DNA of 63,177 nt, counting the filler, from Vannella sp. (lineage: Eukaryota): assembly GCA_023345925.1 (NCBI GenBank). It is 5 parts of 5 records of this genome, joined end to end, with 100 filler letters (N's around TTAATTAATTAA, not from the genome) between each part and the next. Parts side by side here need not be neighbours in the genome. Positions count along the whole stretch, not along the records: positions 56,931 to 60,809 come from JAJQQN010001381.1; positions 60,910 to 63,177 come from JAJQQN010001421.1; 3 more parts are not named here. One strand, given 5' to 3'. The position numbers were made by a program, and so were the translations under genes. Every line of letters begins with the position of its first letter. Positions within the stretch are counted from its first letter, which is position 1. The notes under the pieces are model-generated. The model was not told the origin of the DNA. It saw only the letters and a program-made list of their open reading frames with translations, and searched no databases. Positions 59,283-63,177 of this stretch are shown in pieces.

Positions 59283-60539
59283 TTAGAGGTTACTTCGAAT
59301 GAGCTGCACAGAGTCCCCAGCTGGCGTGAGGATGTGAGCTCCGAGGGCGATGAGGCGGGAACCCAGCCAGAACTCCACTGGGAGGAAGTAGAAGCGTCTC
59401 CCAGCCTTATCACAGCTGCAAGACAGTCCGATAAGAGGGAAGTCGTGGGAGAGAGGGTGCTAGACTCGTACCGAGCGACAATACGGATAATTTCCCCCAT
59501 GGGGACCACGTGAAGGAGCTGTTTGACCTCCATGAAGATGCTGACGCATGGGTTGGGCTCCAACTCGATAGCCAGCTTCAACATCGAAGAGATCTCATCA
59601 ACCAGAGCAAAGAGAGCGCCAGAAGAGATGTGGCCAACGCTATTCGCGAGATGTTCGTTCATCGTCATCTCCACCTCCACCACCTGCTCGCTGAAGCTGA
59701 TCTTTGTGTACCGTACTGTACGACTGACGGTCGCACTGAACTCGTAAGGATCGGCCTGCGTGGCTTCTCCTGTGTTGTGAACCACCCATTGGAGGACCTT
59801 CAGGACTCCTTGCTTGTTTGCTAGTGATAAGGAGGCGTCAGTGAGGTAAGGGTGGTATCGGCCATCCATGTGCTCTAAAGTGACGATGTTGAGTCCCCCA
59901 GGGCCCACAGGAGCGAACGAGCGCACTTGCTGGAGGAGGAATGGATCCAATGTGGGGGCTTGGGAGGGCTTCAGGAAGACGTCACGGATCGTTTTCCCTC
60001 CTGTAGAGAGGCTTCTGGTGAGTGTACCTCCACCAAGGATCTTGTTGTCGAGGGAAAGGAGCTTTGTGGAGAACATGGCAAGTCCGTGATCACTGATTCC
60101 TTGCAGTTTGACCCATATCAGGCTTGTTGAGTCATATGGTGTGGCTCGATAGAAGTTGACACTCATATCTACGACTTCACCAATCCTTCCTTGACTGTCT
60201 ATCAAGGAGAGGAGGTAACCAGACACCTGAATGTTGGGGGAAGAGGTCAGAACACCCCCAGTAGCCAGTTCGACACAAACCTCATCAAACATGACTCCCA
60301 TAGCACCGCCATAAAGGTTCCCCATGACGTTCTGCAGTTGTGTGGTCACAGTTACCTCGAACAGAAGAAGGGCATCCTCCCGATCGTACTAAGCCTCATC
60401 AGATAGCGCCCTTCCGCTCCCAATAGGCCCTTCTCACTCTATGCAACCTAAAGGCAGAGCCAAGTTGCCTGCCGCACACTGGAAGCTCGCCCAGGGAAGC
60501 AGCCGCAGCCTGGACCTCCTCCACGGTGCCCGCGACCAT
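59283..60539 (-). CDS. Double hot-dog (PaaI-type) acyl-CoA thioesterase with PTS1-like C-terminus -SNL (spliced)
   Basis: NVMGNLYGGAMGVMFDE and NSVGHISSGALFALVDE hot-dog motifs; removing intron 59416-59471 gives a terminal ..LIRSNL*. Confidence 0.75.
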
Positions 60540-60676
60540 TTAAAATGATAACTTTGCGCTTCTTAGTCCATTAAAACCCTTCACCCTGCGGCTACCTCGA
60601 ATACTCCGTTGAATTTTCTTCCGAAAGATTCTAATAAATCCTCCCAAAATGGAAATCATTACGCTGAGGCTTTCGC

Positions 60677-60809
60677 ATGAAAGGGTTCGCTCTCTACCTT
60701 GTGGGGCTGTTTTGTCTCGTTTCTCTCTCGTCAGGTGATGGAATAGATATATACAATGCATGGGAGGGTCAGGGGCCGCGGGTCTCTCAATCTTCCCCGA
60801 GTTTTGAGA
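60677..60809 (+). CDS. 3'-truncated secreted protein
   Basis: Signal peptide MKGFALYLVGLFCLVSLSSG; the frame runs into the gap. Confidence 0.45.
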
Positions 60810-60909
60810 NNNNNNNNNNNNNNNNNNNNNNNNNNNNNNNNNNNNNNNNNNNNTTAATTAATTAANNNNNNNNNNNNNNNNNNNNNNNNNNNNNNNNNNN
60901 NNNNNNNNN
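60810..60909. other. Artificial contig linker
   Basis: N44-TTAATTAATTAA-N44. Confidence 0.97.
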
Positions 60910-63177
60910 AGTTGTCCTCATAGCGGATGTAGTCCGCATCGAATTGGCGAGTCATGGAGGATTGCTGACGCTCCTTGTTGCCTCGCAACTTGTCAGCGGC
61001 CAAAGCTCTCTGCTCGAGAGCGTGCTTCCTGGCCTTCCACTTCTTCCAGGAGCGCTGAATCTTGATCACGCAATCGTAATCGTGACGTTCGAGCAGCTCT
61101 TCAAGATGGAAGAGAGTTTCGGGATGGCGGATGAACACTTTGGTTCGTCCCAGCTGCCATTGACCCTCTTCGAGTTGTAGGTCACGGAGCAGAGTAGTAC
61201 ATCCCTCAATAGCAGGGCCGGTCCACTCTCCGCGCATGCCCCAAGTCTTTCGGGAGAGCTTCTTGTAGCGCTGAAGGAATCGAGCGAACTCTGCACGATA
61301 CGCGAAACCAGCACGGCGAACGCGGACGTTCTCAAGAAGACCAAGATACTGGCACTGATGCTTCACACGTGGTTCGTCCCAGTCCAAAGGCCTCTTGGTC
61401 TCGTTTGGCTTCATGCAACGGACGTAGTGAGGAGTACAAGCGGACAGAGTCTTCATAAGGGCTTGGCAAGACGTCTTGATCTTGAATCCGGCAGTTGTGG
61501 GACGTTTGCGCGATGCGTTGTCAGTGGTGTTGTCAGGGAAGAGAGCAACAAGGTAACGAGAGGTCGAGCACTGCAACATCTCAATGAGATCGTTGAAGAG
61601 AGTGTCCTTGTTCTTGTCACAGAAACCGTCAACCTCGTAAGTCACCTCTCCAGCGTAGTGCTTCACACAGAAAGCCTGGTCGAACCCACGGAAGTGGAGA
61701 TGAGAGGAGAAGGTGCCTCCCATCTTCTGGAGGAACTTGACGTCGGTACCCTTGGACGTGGAATGAATAGTGAAGCAGATATCATCCAAAATGGAGAAGA
61801 TGCCAGGAGGGGCTTTGCCCTCCATCAGCTCGCACACAATCTGATTGTTGAAGTACTTGATGGGCTCCCACTTGATGCCCTCAGCGTTGTACTCTTCCTG
61901 CTCGGCCTTCAGAGTCAGCTCGATGAAGAACTGCTGGAGTTTCTCGTTCACGTAGTTGATGCAGAACTGCTCAAAGCCGTTGCGCTCGAAAATCTCGAAA
62001 CCGAAGATGTCCAACACACCAATGACAGTGCGGAAGGGTGCCTTGTTCTTAGAGAGTGCTTCGTTGATCTTCATGATGAGCCAATCGAAGATACGAGTGT
62101 AGATAGACTTTGCAACAGCGTCACGAGCATACTCGGCCTGTTCCATGTTTTGGGGCACGTTGTAGGTGGACTGTCGTCCACCCTGAGTGCCAGTGTTGAT
62201 CACACGGAAGAGGATGGCGGACTGGAGGGTGAAGGGCTCCACGGACATCATGGATGCCGCCAGCTCGAGGACAGACTGCTCCTGAATCACTGCATTGCCC
62301 TTACCATCCTCGTAGAAGGTCAAGTTGCCGAGGTGAAGGATGGCAGCGATGAGGCGGAAGATTTGGTTCTGATCGTCAGGAGCGATGCCGATAATGTTCA
62401 TGGCGTTCCGTGTATCCTTGTACTCTTGGATGTCATCAATGCCATCAACTTGGTAGCATCCTCCTTGGTTCAGGTAGTGGAAGTGCTCAGGAGCGTACAA
62501 CACCAGGGAGTCTGACGAGGTACTCCGGTCAGTGCCCTTCTTCACTGCCAAAGACTGTACTTACTTGCTTCTTCGTTCGAAGCACCAGCAAGAAGCTGGT
62601 AGAAGATGTGGAAGGCACGCTCACCAGGGGTCTGGAAGACGACGCGTGATTTCTCCAGCAAGTCTAAGCGAGAGAGTTAGTGGTCGTCGTGGGAATAAGA
62701 GGGCACGAACAGTTGGTAATGGAACCACCACAAGGGTCACCGATCTCGTTGAACTGAATCTCAAAGTACTTTCCGAAACGAGAAGAGTTGTTGTTACGGA
62801 GCGTCTTGGCGTTACCGAAGGCCTCGAGAAGAGGATTGGACTCAAGAATAACGTGTTTGACATAGTCCACACCAGCGCTGTTTCCCGAAACAGCGGAGAT
62901 GTACCTCATCACCAGCTTAGAAGCTTCCGTCTTACCCGCACCAGACTCTCCACTACAAAACCAATGAGAAGCGTCTCAAGAGGGAGGAGGAAAGGCTTAC
63001 CTGATAATCACGCACTGGTTCTCCTTCTCTCCCTTCATGGCGCGGTAAGTTTTATCCGCAAGAGCGTAGATGTGGGGGTCAAGCTCGTGCCTGAATCGGC
63101 CCTTGTATCGCTCAACCCAGGTTGAGGTAGACATTCACCTTTGGCAGCACGACTAAGTCGTCCACTCCCTGCTTTTG
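60910..63177 (-). CDS. Class I myosin heavy chain (partial at both ends, spliced)
   Basis: [55 protein letters not shown] and [19 protein letters not shown] motif and start of TH1. Confidence 0.93.

Noticed and set aside
31192..60909. Four identical TTAATTAATTAA elements within N runs, and any gene linkage across them
   Set aside because: These are artificial six-frame-stop linkers. The contigs are ordered by decreasing length, so adjacency (e.g. CARMIL near myosin I) has no biological meaning.
61358..62515. Long antisense ORFs (385 aa here; also 17102-18025, 13017-13787, 18422-19111)
   Set aside because: They are shadows of well-conserved genes on the opposite strand, with no recognisable motifs.

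Overview
This is eukaryotic nuclear DNA from a very compact, intron-containing protist genome. It is most likely an amoebozoan, inferred from a MyoM-type myosin-RhoGEF and a CARMIL/Acan125-type protein. The window is not one locus: five contigs of decreasing size (1-31191, 31292-48314, 48415-56830, 56931-60809, 60910-63177) are joined by artificial 100-nt N44-TTAATTAATTAA-N44 linkers. It holds about 36 protein genes: cytoskeleton and small-GTPase signalling genes, ELP5, RanGAP, MED16, ATG5, CTF18, REI1, UCH37, PRP17, a gamma-carboxylase-like enzyme and others. Introns are about 30-65 nt, intergenic gaps are as short as 5 nt, and there is one normal tRNA-Arg(TCG). Most notable: (1) a circularly permuted tRNA-like cloverleaf (T-arm and acceptor 3' strand upstream of the acceptor 5' strand, D-arm and CGA anticodon arm), inside a predicted ~260-nt structured RNA at 34107-34364 (-); (2) a Rac GTPase gene with an in-frame TGA exactly at the redox-active Cys18 codon; (3) a CDCA3/Tome-1-like microprotein; (4) a motorless tandem paralogue of the MyoM tail. 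All gene calls come from motif recognition by eye and exon boundaries were inferred manually; no database searches were run.
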